From a virus (Duplodnaviria; Heunggongvirae; Uroviricota; Caudoviricetes): a stretch of DNA of 64,000 bases. The notes under the pieces are model-generated. The model saw nothing but the letters and a program-made list of their open reading frames with translations, searched no databases and was not told where the DNA came from. Of the stretch, positions 27,797-36,736 are shown in pieces; the stretch's first letter is position 1, and each line of letters begins with the position of its first letter. Both the position numbers and the translations under genes were made by a program. The DNA lies in the IMG/VR virus record IMGVR_UViG_3300027513_000011, positions 1-64,000 of that record; one strand, written 5' to 3'.

Positions 27797-28564
27797 ATGG
27801 ACGTAGCCTATGTGGTGCGCCCTGGTGAGGCCAACCAGGAGCTGCGCTACTCGTTGAGATCACTCATCAACGTCCCCCATGACAGGGTGTTCATCGGTGG
27901 CTACGTCCCGAAGTGGACACGCAATGTGGTGCCGGTACCTCGCCGGCAGACCTCGATGCGGTTCGTCAACTCGTCGCTGAACCTGTACGCCATCTGTCAG
28001 TCGGACATCTCTGAGCAGTTCATCTTCTTCAACGACGACTTCTTCGTGATGAGGAAGCTCACCGAGATAAAGCCCTTGAACCGCGGGCCTCTGGATGAGG
28101 TCATGGAGAGGCACAGGGTCAAGTTTGGTAGGAACTCCTATTACCACGGGATGGCGACCACGCGGGACTGGCTACTGCATCGCTACAAGATCACTGAACC
28201 TCTCTCTTACGGGCTCCATATCCCTATGGTGGTGGACCGAGACTTGATGTGGCGTCTGTTAGAGGAAACCCGGATCGACAAGCCCCAAGGGAGGCCGCAG
28301 TATCACATGCGGACCATATACGGAAACGTGGCAGAGGTCGGCGGCGATGCTGTTGGGGACGTGAAACTGGCGGGGACCAGGAAGGGCGTCGAGAGGTACC
28401 GTTTCCTTTCAACCAGTGAGAAGTCGTTTGCCAGCGGAAACTCGGGCCGGCTGATCCGGGCCACCTTCACCGACCCCTCCCCCTATGAGGCCGCTGTGGT
28501 GCGCCCTACGCCCAAGCAGCGGGTGGACCGCAGGATGGTGAAGCGGCCCGTCATCAACCGCTAA
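27797..28564 (+). CDS. Stealth-family protein (CR1/CR2; putative hexose-1-phosphoryl transferase)
   Basis: N-terminal DVAYVVRPGEANQELRYSLRSL resembles Stealth CR1 (ELRYSLRS); FIFFNDDFFVMRKL resembles CR2. Confidence 0.55.
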   Translation: MDVAYVVRPGEANQELRYSLRSLINVPHDRVFIGGYVPKWTRNVVPVPRRQTSMRFVNSSLNLYAICQSDISEQFIFFNDDFFVMRKLTEIKPLNRGPLDEVMERHRVKFGRNSYYHGMATTRDWLLHRYKITEPLSYGLHIPMVVDRDLMWRLLEETRIDKPQGRPQYHMRTIYGNVAEVGGDAVGDVKLAGTRKGVERYRFLSTSEKSFASGNSGRLIRATFTDPSPYEAAVVRPTPKQRVDRRMVKRPVINR

Positions 28565-28603
28565 CAATCAGGCTGTGTGGGCCGTGGGGGTATTCTGCTC
28601 GCC

Positions 28604-29734
28604 ATGACCGCATGTACCTTCTTTGAGGTAGACCCTCCCTCGCGTACGCCATCGCCCGATAACCTGATCGCAACCTTGGAGCGAGCTGGGCTGGTCACGC
28701 CGGACACCACGAATGGGCACTGGATCGGCGGTATCCAGTTCCGTCCCCGTTCCTGTGGTGGTGGCGGCATCCATGTGGACAACTGCTTCTTCAGCTCCGA
28801 GTCCCCCGACTCGCCAGGCGAGGAGGAGAACTGCTCGCTCAAGGTGTTCAACACCTTCCACGATTCGGTGGCCTGGAAGTCCATGCTCATCTTCTCCTCA
28901 GTCCATTGCTCCACGTTCTCCGACAGTGCCGACGTGAAGGCCGAGGCAGTTTCGCAGTTCGATATCTCCCGCGACGCCATCGCTGCCTTCGAGCTCTACT
29001 ACGGGCAGGCGAACCGGCTGGAAGTGTCCGGCGAAACCTGCGACGACGGTGACCCGGTGCCGGCTAACCCCTTCATCGCTGACGCCCTCGCCAACTCGTT
29101 CCCCACCGCTGTCACGCCGGGCGACTGGACGACCGCGACGACCTTGGATCCTGTCGCCGGCATGGCCCTGATCCTTGACGAGATTGCGGCCACGGCTGCG
29201 GGTGCCCAGGCCGTCATCCACATTCCGCCCGGCCTCGCTGCGGTGTGGCTGGCACTGGAGCTCATCGACCGGGTAGATGGCGTGTTCCGTACCTCCGTTG
29301 GTGGACATCTCGTGATCGCCGCCCCCGGCTACTACGGATCTACCCCTCTCGATGACACCGATCCGGCCAACTTCGACGGCCACTCTCCGGGCTTCGTCAT
29401 TGACGGCGGCTTCTGGGTCTACGTTACGGGCGGCATGGGTGTGTACCTAGATACGGTGGACACCAGCAACACCTTGGAGCACAGACGCAACAACTACTTC
29501 ACGGTGGTCGAGCAGTTCGTTCTCCCCTACTTCGATCCCACCTGCCCTCGGTTCGCCCTACCGATCGGTCGGGATTGCTCCAGCCTCGACCTTGACTGGT
29601 CTGTTACGGGAACTCCCGTTGAGCAGATCTTCAACGACCAGTACATCACCTGCGTTGACCCTGATGGTGGCAACGAGGGCGTACCTATGGACCCCGCCAT
29701 CTTCGTAGGCGTGAACTACCCATCTTCTAGCTAA
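28604..29734 (+). CDS. hypothetical structural protein (376 aa)
   Basis: ORF track 28577..29734; first ATG at 28604; sits in structural block. Confidence 0.45.
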   Translation: MTACTFFEVDPPSRTPSPDNLIATLERAGLVTPDTTNGHWIGGIQFRPRSCGGGGIHVDNCFFSSESPDSPGEEENCSLKVFNTFHDSVAWKSMLIFSSVHCSTFSDSADVKAEAVSQFDISRDAIAAFELYYGQANRLEVSGETCDDGDPVPANPFIADALANSFPTAVTPGDWTTATTLDPVAGMALILDEIAATAAGAQAVIHIPPGLAAVWLALELIDRVDGVFRTSVGGHLVIAAPGYYGSTPLDDTDPANFDGHSPGFVIDGGFWVYVTGGMGVYLDTVDTSNTLEHRRNNYFTVVEQFVLPYFDPTCPRFALPIGRDCSSLDLDWSVTGTPVEQIFNDQYITCVDPDGGNEGVPMDPAIFVGVNYPSSS

Positions 29735-30573
29735 TGCCACCTTCTCTATACCCCCCCGCCGAATGGATCAACGACGGGGACTCGGGTGGAAGCTGGACTG
29801 GTGCTCCGTGGCGAGTGGTTCTACACACCACTGAGACTGAGACAATCCCTGGCTACCTGAACGGAGAGGTTGCCCCTCATCTCACCTATGACCCCGCCAA
29901 TGACCGTTGGGTGCAGCACAACTCGTTCGTAATCGCCGGCCGAGCCCTTTTCAATGGGCCAGGTGGAGGAGAGACAAATCGCCAGAACGCCCTCCAGGTG
30001 GAGATCGTCTGCTACTCGGACAAGGGTATCGCAGACAAGGTGGATGGCATATGGGTGGGGGATCTTGAGATCGACCATATCGCTGCCATCCGCGCCTTCA
30101 TTGACTGGTGTGTGGACAACTACGACGTGAAGTTGAAGTGGCCGGGCAAACAAGCTTTGTCATACGGCGGGGCCAACGCCCCTGGGTTTCGTATGACGAT
30201 GAGTGCATGGGAGGCATTCGACGGGGTGTGCGGGCACCAGCACATACCCGAGAATTACCATTGGGATCCCGGTGCGCTAGATTGGGCTACCCTCATGGCC
30301 GAGGAGGAAGAAGAAGTAGTGACTCCTGAAGATATCTCCAAGATTGCCAGCGCCTCCGCTACGGCTACCTTGAACAAACTGACGAAGCCCGTTGGGGATG
30401 CCCCAGTTGGTCAGGGGGTGTGGCAATACGGCGGGGTCTTTGACAACGATGACCCAACCGACAACGCTCAGAGAACTCTCCAGCGTGTCCTCATTGCGGT
30501 AAACGACCTTGTTGCTCGTGTGGATGAGTTGGATGGTAAGATTAACGACCTACTGGAAACGGAGCCTGAATGA
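29734..30573 (+). CDS. endolysin, N-acetylmuramoyl-L-alanine amidase (Amidase_2/PGRP fold)
   Basis: VVLHTTETE and CGHQHIPENYHWDPG zinc-amidase motifs; ATGA-coupled to holin. Confidence 0.75.
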   Translation: MPPSLYPPAEWINDGDSGGSWTGAPWRVVLHTTETETIPGYLNGEVAPHLTYDPANDRWVQHNSFVIAGRALFNGPGGGETNRQNALQVEIVCYSDKGIADKVDGIWVGDLEIDHIAAIRAFIDWCVDNYDVKLKWPGKQALSYGGANAPGFRMTMSAWEAFDGVCGHQHIPENYHWDPGALDWATLMAEEEEEVVTPEDISKIASASATATLNKLTKPVGDAPVGQGVWQYGGVFDNDDPTDNAQRTLQRVLIAVNDLVARVDELDGKINDLLETEPE

Positions 30574-30821
30574 GTGACCGACTAATCGCATCTATCCGAA
30601 CCCTTGTGGCTGCTGCTGTGGCTGCTGCCGTTCTGTACCTGACCGACAACTTCGGCCTGGAGCTTGACGGTGCTGCCATCGAGATTGCGGCACTCGGCAT
30701 CGTGACTGGTGTGTATAACTGGCTGGTGAACAAGGCAGCCGAAGCCTGGCCGTATTTCGGATATCTGCTCGGGATCCCCAAGACTCCGACATATACGAGT
30801 ACACCGACGATGACACCGTAG
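30570..30821 (+). CDS. holin (83 aa, 2 TM)
   Basis: two hydrophobic helices; overlaps endolysin stop. Confidence 0.55.
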   Translation: MSDRLIASIRTLVAAAVAAAVLYLTDNFGLELDGAAIEIAALGIVTGVYNWLVNKAAEAWPYFGYLLGIPKTPTYTSTPTMTP

Positions 30822-31094
30822 TACTCACCCACTACGGCGCAGCCCCCCAGCGACCTAGATCTGCTGGGGGGTTTTCGCGTTATGATCCCTAAGTGTCTAA
30901 ACCTCGCCCTCGCAATGATGTCGCAATCACCCTTTTCGCCCTCGCCGCAGCCACATACGAGATAATCCTCGGAGGCGGTCGGTTCACTGTGTTTGCGTTC
31001 CTCTCAACCCTACTCGGGGTGCCTGTTATAGCCAGTCTTGAGTCGGCGCGCCGTGAGAGGCGAAACGCGAGGAGCAACTAAGTACCATTGCCTG

Positions 31095-31742
31095 ATGGCT
31101 GACTGCACATGCGCTTGCCCTGGTCCCACCTGCATCACGGGCGACGACACTATCGACGCCACAGATGCCGGAGGTTGCACCACTCTCGACCTGGTGATAT
31201 CGGACTCGAACACCGTTGACCTGACAACTGTAAACAACCGGCTAGAGGCCACGATGATCGTGGACCCGGCCAACAACGTCATACAGGAACCGGGCAATGG
31301 GCTCCATGTACCTCAGTTCGCGGTCGGCGCGTCGAGCAAGGAACAGTCGTGGACTGAAACAAGTATCGGGGAGAATGTGCGTCACACCACCGACCTATTG
31401 GTCCCTACTGGTGACTGGTTTATCGCCGTGTTCTGGAATGCTTGGATGCGGAAAGTGAATCGCAACGTATCTGAGCAGGGAGCCGAAACCTTCTGGTTGC
31501 TGAGTGTGGATGAGTTCAGGGGTCGGCGTAAGCGTCACCGCTGGGGGGCCACTGCTGGGCTGCTTGGTCATGCTCAAACCCAAGTTGCTGTAGGCGACAG
31601 TTACGCGAAACGGATAACTCTTGAGGAAACCACTCTCATCGAGTGCAGCGTGCTAACCGGGATCACGTCGAGTCGCAATGAGGACAACGAGGTTGACTAC
31701 CACTCATCCATCCTGTCCGTTCAGGCGATAAGGGATTTCTGA
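31095..31742 (+). CDS. paralog family protein A (N-terminal CxCxC motif, FWNAW and GLLGH motifs)
   Basis: ORF track 31038; first ATG 31095 puts Cys motif at N-terminus as in paralogs B and C. Confidence 0.45.
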   Translation: MADCTCACPGPTCITGDDTIDATDAGGCTTLDLVISDSNTVDLTTVNNRLEATMIVDPANNVIQEPGNGLHVPQFAVGASSKEQSWTETSIGENVRHTTDLLVPTGDWFIAVFWNAWMRKVNRNVSEQGAETFWLLSVDEFRGRRKRHRWGATAGLLGHAQTQVAVGDSYAKRITLEETTLIECSVLTGITSSRNEDNEVDYHSSILSVQAIRDF

Positions 31743-31743
31743 G

Positions 31744-32400
31744 ATGTCTAATTGCCAGTGCGTTTGCTCCCAGGCAGTGTGCCTAGAAGTTGACCCGCCC
31801 CTGACCTCGGCGTTCACCTGCGGATGCGTTGAGATTGGGGTCGAGACAGCGGATACTGACACTGTGAACCTGGGCCTCGACAGTCAGGGATCCCTGACAG
31901 GGGATGCGATTGTGTCCCCGTCAGATGGCAACCAACTCACCCCGAAGGCCAACGGCCTGTTCGTGCAACAGCCCTGCTACGGGGCCACAAGCACCACCGG
32001 CTCGTGGACGGAGAGCTCCCGCGTGTATGTGGTCCGGCAGTCGGTTTCCCTCACCTTGGATGCCGGACAATGGCTCATCTATGGGTTCTGGAATGCGTGG
32101 ATCACCAAGACCAATGCCACCGCCTCTGAGGAGTTGGCACGGTTCGGTGCAAAGGTTGACATCGACGGCGAGGAAGGCCCGCCGTCCTACTGGCAATGGG
32201 GCGACACCGAGGGCGTATTGGGTCACTTGAACGCTGAAGCGTCATTTGGTGCCCACAACACGAGGCTTATCAACGCTGGCAACGGGGGAACCTTCGACAT
32301 TGATGTGCAAGCCTTCCGCGAACCGGATGGGGCCTCCAACAATGTTGATGTGTCGGCGTCAAGGGTATCAGCCATTGCCATCAAGAGGACGTGGGACTGA
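31744..32400 (+). CDS. paralog family protein B
   Basis: shares CxCxC, W[FL]IYGFWNAW, GVLGH with A and C. Confidence 0.5.
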   Translation: MSNCQCVCSQAVCLEVDPPLTSAFTCGCVEIGVETADTDTVNLGLDSQGSLTGDAIVSPSDGNQLTPKANGLFVQQPCYGATSTTGSWTESSRVYVVRQSVSLTLDAGQWLIYGFWNAWITKTNATASEELARFGAKVDIDGEEGPPSYWQWGDTEGVLGHLNAEASFGAHNTRLINAGNGGTFDIDVQAFREPDGASNNVDVSASRVSAIAIKRTWD

Positions 32401-33041
32401 TGCCCATATGCAACTGCGAACATGACCTGGATCAATGCGTGGCCGGGGTCGCGCCGATTCGTCACGTCCTCGACGGCGGTGGTTGCGTGCAGGTGGGGCT
32501 CGACGCCACCGACTCGAACACTCTGGACTTCGAGACAGCGGGAGGCTTGACCGCCACCGCCATCATCGACCCTGACGCGGCCAACGTCTTTGAGGCCACG
32601 GCATCGGGTCTACGCGTCCTGCGTCAAATCATTCCCAACGCCTCCGGCTACACCAATTTCATCACGAACACGGCTGCATTTGCCATCAAGCAGTCCACTT
32701 CCATCGCCTTGCCATCGGGTGGCAACTGGTTCGTTCAGGCATGGTGGTCGGCGTGGGCCGAGAAGGACACCGATGAGACATCTGCCACCGCTTCGCGCCT
32801 GGAGTGGCGTATCGAGATCGCCGGAACCGATGGCCCCATACGACGGTGGAACTGGGGCGAGCGCGAAGGTTTGCTGGGTCACGCCAACTCCCGCATCGGG
32901 CTACAGGATTACTTCGGCATGGTGGTCGCGGGTAACCAGACCTTCAATGTGAACATTCGGACAGCTCGCAACAACGCGGGTGTTGACAACAATGTGCAGA
33001 TCTCGGCCAGTCGGATCATAGCTATCGCCTACAAGCTGTAG
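32400..33041 (+). CDS. paralog family protein C
   Basis: ATG at 32400 overlapping stop (TGATG); motifs shared with A and B. Confidence 0.5.
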   Translation: MPICNCEHDLDQCVAGVAPIRHVLDGGGCVQVGLDATDSNTLDFETAGGLTATAIIDPDAANVFEATASGLRVLRQIIPNASGYTNFITNTAAFAIKQSTSIALPSGGNWFVQAWWSAWAEKDTDETSATASRLEWRIEIAGTDGPIRRWNWGEREGLLGHANSRIGLQDYFGMVVAGNQTFNVNIRTARNNAGVDNNVQISASRIIAIAYKL

Positions 33042-33114
33042 CAACCAACAATCATCCGCGCCGGACCCCCCTGCCATAATCCCGTGGTAGCAAGTCGCAT
33101 ACGAGAGGTTTATT

Positions 33115-33852
33115 GTGGCGAATGAGACATCTGGACTGACCGGACTCGGCGTAGCCGCATTCCGCGTCAAGCGCCTCAACTGTGACGGCACTCCGGTCGA
33201 TACTGGGGACGACAACTGTGATGTCGCCGGTTACGCCGGATGCAAGATCACTCAGATTACCCGTACCGCTATCGTGGTTGAGGGCGAAACCTTCACCCAG
33301 GCCAACGCTGCGGGGCTTCCCTGCGTGAACGTCACCCTGGAGGACACCACCACCGGGTATACCTACACGTTCCAACAGTGTGATGTGGACTACGAGCTCA
33401 AGGAGATCCTTGGGGTCGTGCCGTCGCTACTCGTGGACGCCGAAGGCGACACAATTGGTGCTCAGCTCGACGGTGGCACACAGTCCTGTGGCTGTTCGGT
33501 TGGTGACGCCGCCTGTCGCGACATCGCCCTGGAGTACTGGCTCAAGGCTTGGCGCTGTAGCGAACAGGTTGGGTTCTTCCGCCATGTCGTTCCTCGCATC
33601 AAGTTCACTTCCGGTACCGAGACTTCCACGTTCGGCAATGAGATCCTGCTCGAAACTTTCACGGGCGACTCGAAGCCGAACTCGAACATGCCGGTCACCG
33701 GACCCTGGGGCGACATTCCTGCCGCCACAGTTGTCGACGGTGGCTCGCCTTCGGAGTTCTTCGAAGCCACTCTGCCTGGAGCCGTTGAAGATGCGGTTCT
33801 GCTCGGCACCTACATTCCGTGCGACTTCACGGGTACGTCACCATCTTCGTAA
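33115..33852 (+). CDS. putative major tail protein (245 aa)
   Basis: Thr/Gly-rich beta-type composition and position; assignment tentative. Confidence 0.4.
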   Translation: MANETSGLTGLGVAAFRVKRLNCDGTPVDTGDDNCDVAGYAGCKITQITRTAIVVEGETFTQANAAGLPCVNVTLEDTTTGYTYTFQQCDVDYELKEILGVVPSLLVDAEGDTIGAQLDGGTQSCGCSVGDAACRDIALEYWLKAWRCSEQVGFFRHVVPRIKFTSGTETSTFGNEILLETFTGDSKPNSNMPVTGPWGDIPAATVVDGGSPSEFFEATLPGAVEDAVLLGTYIPCDFTGTSPSS

Positions 33853-33929
33853 GGTTCGCAATTTGACGGCCCGCCCGCTCAACCCCTCGGGGTTGGGTCG
33901 GCGGGCTGTCCCGGCTTGAGGAAGCTACA

Positions 33930-35009
33930 ATGGGAAATCCGCTGAGGAACAAGAGGGTACAGGGATGGCTTGCCGGTCTAATCAGTGTCGGTGCGCTGGC
34001 CGTGGTGCCGGCGATGGCTCAGGAAGATGTTGCCGAACCACAGGCAGCGGTAGCGGGCGTGTGCTCGTTCGTGGATGCTGTGGGGACGATTTCGACGTGG
34101 CCGTGCGATACGAACACGGATTCGACTGTTCCTCCGACCACGACGGAACCTCCGACGACTACGGAGCCCCCGACGACTACGACGATTCCGCCGACTACGA
34201 CGACGACCGAGCCTCCGACCACCACAACCACAGAGGATCCTGACCCGCCGATTGGCCCCGACCCGACTCCTGTTGGGTCTGGCCCGGATGCGTCATACGA
34301 TATCTACATCATCGGTCGCCTCGGCTCGCCCGACGCGGTGATGATGTGGCGGGCACCGTACTTCCACGCACTGTCCTCGGGTGCCGGATGGGACGACGGC
34401 GACCGCAGCGCGTACCGTTACGCCTACGGGTTCCTCCACCACAACCCGGCCGGCCCGGAGCCGGATGCCCAGGTGTTCCGGTTCTCGTTCGCCGGTGGCT
34501 ACGGCGGCACCATTGCTGTCCAGGTCGGTGACGAGCGGATGAACGAGGCCGAGAGGTTCTACGACTGCACCCGCTACGACGTGGGTTCCAATGGTGCGAA
34601 TGACGCGCATGGTTGTGGGATCGTTGGCGGGCCGGCTGTCTCCGAGCTCCGCGACTCGCCGCGGCCGGCGTGGATTGGTCCCACGGCGCAGCCACCGGAT
34701 CGGCGTCCTGTCCTTAGGGTTGTTCACACCGCAACGGGCCAGGTGGTTGAGGTCAGGTCGTACCTGAACCCGGTGAGTTTGGATCCGGGCACCACGTTCA
34801 GCCCCATCCAGCATCTCACTTCACCGATTCAGGTGTCAGGTGATGCCGTGAACCCGAACAAGCCGGACGCTTACGACTCCGGGCCACACACCGTGTACGA
34901 GCGGTTCGTGGTTGGGGCCTGGCTCGATGGTGACAACGCTGTCGCGGTCTATTACGACATCTTGGATCCCGACTACCATCTCGACATCTCTTACCCGCTA
35001 GAGGACTAA
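33930..35009 (+). CDS. Sec-secreted protein with Thr/Pro-rich linker; C-terminal domain paralogous to N-terminal domain of tail protein 60516..62471
   Basis: signal peptide MGNPLRNKRVQGWLAGLISVGALAVVPAMA-QE; (TTEPPTTT)n linker; shared motifs VxEVRxY, PHTVYxR, YYDI[LI][DH]PDYH. Confidence 0.55.
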   Translation: MGNPLRNKRVQGWLAGLISVGALAVVPAMAQEDVAEPQAAVAGVCSFVDAVGTISTWPCDTNTDSTVPPTTTEPPTTTEPPTTTTIPPTTTTTEPPTTTTTEDPDPPIGPDPTPVGSGPDASYDIYIIGRLGSPDAVMMWRAPYFHALSSGAGWDDGDRSAYRYAYGFLHHNPAGPEPDAQVFRFSFAGGYGGTIAVQVGDERMNEAERFYDCTRYDVGSNGANDAHGCGIVGGPAVSELRDSPRPAWIGPTAQPPDRRPVLRVVHTATGQVVEVRSYLNPVSLDPGTTFSPIQHLTSPIQVSGDAVNPNKPDAYDSGPHTVYERFVVGAWLDGDNAVAVYYDILDPDYHLDISYPLED

Positions 35010-35013
35010 CGAC

Positions 35014-35265
35014 GTGACGCTTCTAGCCAACCGTCCACTTATCTTGGTGCTGGCGTTCCTCCTGCTGGTCATCTTCGCCGCGGGCATGATGGTGATATTG
35101 GACGACTCCAAGGCCGAGGCTCATTCGCCTCCCTGTAAGACCGCTTACCCGTGGATGCGGTACAAAATCACGGTCTATGTCCTCCCTGACTTGTACTGGG
35201 CATGGTTCTACAACGCATCGACGGGGGCAACACACAAGCACGCCTGCTACGCCTGGCAGTTGTAA
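35014..35265 (+). CDS. small membrane protein (83 aa)
   Basis: TM helix LILVLAFLLLVIFAAGMMVIL. Confidence 0.4.
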   Translation: MTLLANRPLILVLAFLLLVIFAAGMMVILDDSKAEAHSPPCKTAYPWMRYKITVYVLPDLYWAWFYNASTGATHKHACYAWQL

Positions 35266-35855
35266 TGGGTGGCGAAACTGGTGAGGTCGAATCTGGTTGG
35301 ACTGTCGACACGCTGCGCCTCCACGCGCAGCAACAGGTCAACGACCTACGGGCCAGCACCGAACGCCAGATTGCCGACATGCGGGCGATGCTCAACGAAC
35401 GGTACGAGACACAGACCCGTGCCGTTGACGCCGCATTCATAGCGCAGTCAACGGCGATGGCCACCGCCCTGACCGCAGCGGAACGTGCCGTGGCCACGGC
35501 CCTGCTGTCAGCGGAGAAAGCGGTGGCTAAAGCGGAGGCCGCCGCGGACAAGAGGTTCGAGTCGGTTAACGAGTTCAGGGGCCAGTTGGCGGATCAGGCG
35601 GCGTCGATGATTACCCGTGCTGAGGCTGAGTCGCGGTTCGCTGCGATCATCGACAAGTTCGACTCGGAGGCGGCCCGCACGGCGCAACGCCTCAACGAGA
35701 TCAACGACCGAATGAATGTCTCCCAGGGTCGTGTCGCGGGTACGGACGCGTCGGTTGCCGCGACACGACTCAACGTGGGGCAACTGATCGCTATCGGTGG
35801 CGTGGTGGTTGCGTTCTTTGGTGTCGTCGCCATCGTCCTCATCGCTGTCCTCTAG
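35265..35855 (+). CDS. coiled-coil protein with C-terminal TM anchor (196 aa)
   Basis: internal ATG overlapping upstream stop (TAATG); Ala-rich coiled coil; C-terminal LIAIGGVVVAFFGVVAIVLIAVL. Confidence 0.5.
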   Translation: MGGETGEVESGWTVDTLRLHAQQQVNDLRASTERQIADMRAMLNERYETQTRAVDAAFIAQSTAMATALTAAERAVATALLSAEKAVAKAEAAADKRFESVNEFRGQLADQAASMITRAEAESRFAAIIDKFDSEAARTAQRLNEINDRMNVSQGRVAGTDASVAATRLNVGQLIAIGGVVVAFFGVVAIVLIAVL

Positions 35856-35914
35856 CCCGGCTAGGCGATAGGGTGACCCTCTACACGGGTGCAGGCGGCG
35901 GATAGGATATCTCC

Positions 35915-36736
35915 ATGCCTACCGCCCCCTGCACCCCGTATATCACACATGCCGAGTTGCTGGAATGCTGCAACCTCGGATCTGACGCTTCCCCAGAGGA
36001 TGAGGACAGTTCCTTCATCTCCCGCGAGGTCGCATCCTCCTACCTGTTTTACGCCACAGGTCAGCAGTTCCCTGGCATCTGCGATGTGTTCGTGCGTCCC
36101 CAGTTCGAGTGTACGCCCTGTCAAAATGGGGCGCTGTGGGAGCCGCGACTTATCGAGGGCCGTTGGCTGAACCTGCGCTGTGGCCAGGAGTGCATCTGCT
36201 CTGATACCCGGTGCGGCATCTCGCTTAGGAACTGGGACGTGCAATCAGTGGTGGACGTGTACATTGACGGCTTCCCTGTCGATCACGGCCAGTGGTTCTT
36301 CAACAACGGCAAGGTGTACCTGCGCGAAGGTTGCTGGCCCGATTGCAACCGCTGGGACAAGCCAGCCTTCCCCGGTTACGACTCGGAGATCTCCACTGTG
36401 GGCGAGGAGAGCGAGTTCGAGGGCACCTTCGGTATCCACATCATGGCTGGGGTGGACACTCCAGCGCTGGTCAAGCAGGCCACCAAGGAACTCGCCTGCC
36501 ACTACCAGAACATGTGCGAATCCGGGTGCAACCATTGTGATGTCGCTATCGGGCTGTCCGACAAGGGCACCATCGACTACGCCTTGAACGAGGTCATCCC
36601 CTGGATCTACACCGGCATCTTCTCGGTGGACGCTGCGGCGCGCATGTACAACCCTCATGGTTCAGTCAAGGTGCAGGCCCGCTTCTGGTCCCCCGAGGCC
36701 GACAGGGCCATAGTCGAGTACCCGGACGGCTTCTAA
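35915..36736 (+). CDS. hypothetical Cys-rich protein (273 aa)
   Basis: ORF track. Confidence 0.45.
   Translation: MPTAPCTPYITHAELLECCNLGSDASPEDEDSSFISREVASSYLFYATGQQFPGICDVFVRPQFECTPCQNGALWEPRLIEGRWLNLRCGQECICSDTRCGISLRNWDVQSVVDVYIDGFPVDHGQWFFNNGKVYLREGCWPDCNRWDKPAFPGYDSEISTVGEESEFEGTFGIHIMAGVDTPALVKQATKELACHYQNMCESGCNHCDVAIGLSDKGTIDYALNEVIPWIYTGIFSVDAAARMYNPHGSVKVQARFWSPEADRAIVEYPDGF

Noticed and set aside
28604-29734. Second major capsid protein or tail sheath
   Set aside because: No recognisable HK97 or sheath motifs and no baseplate/sheath gene set. Kept as an unassigned structural protein.
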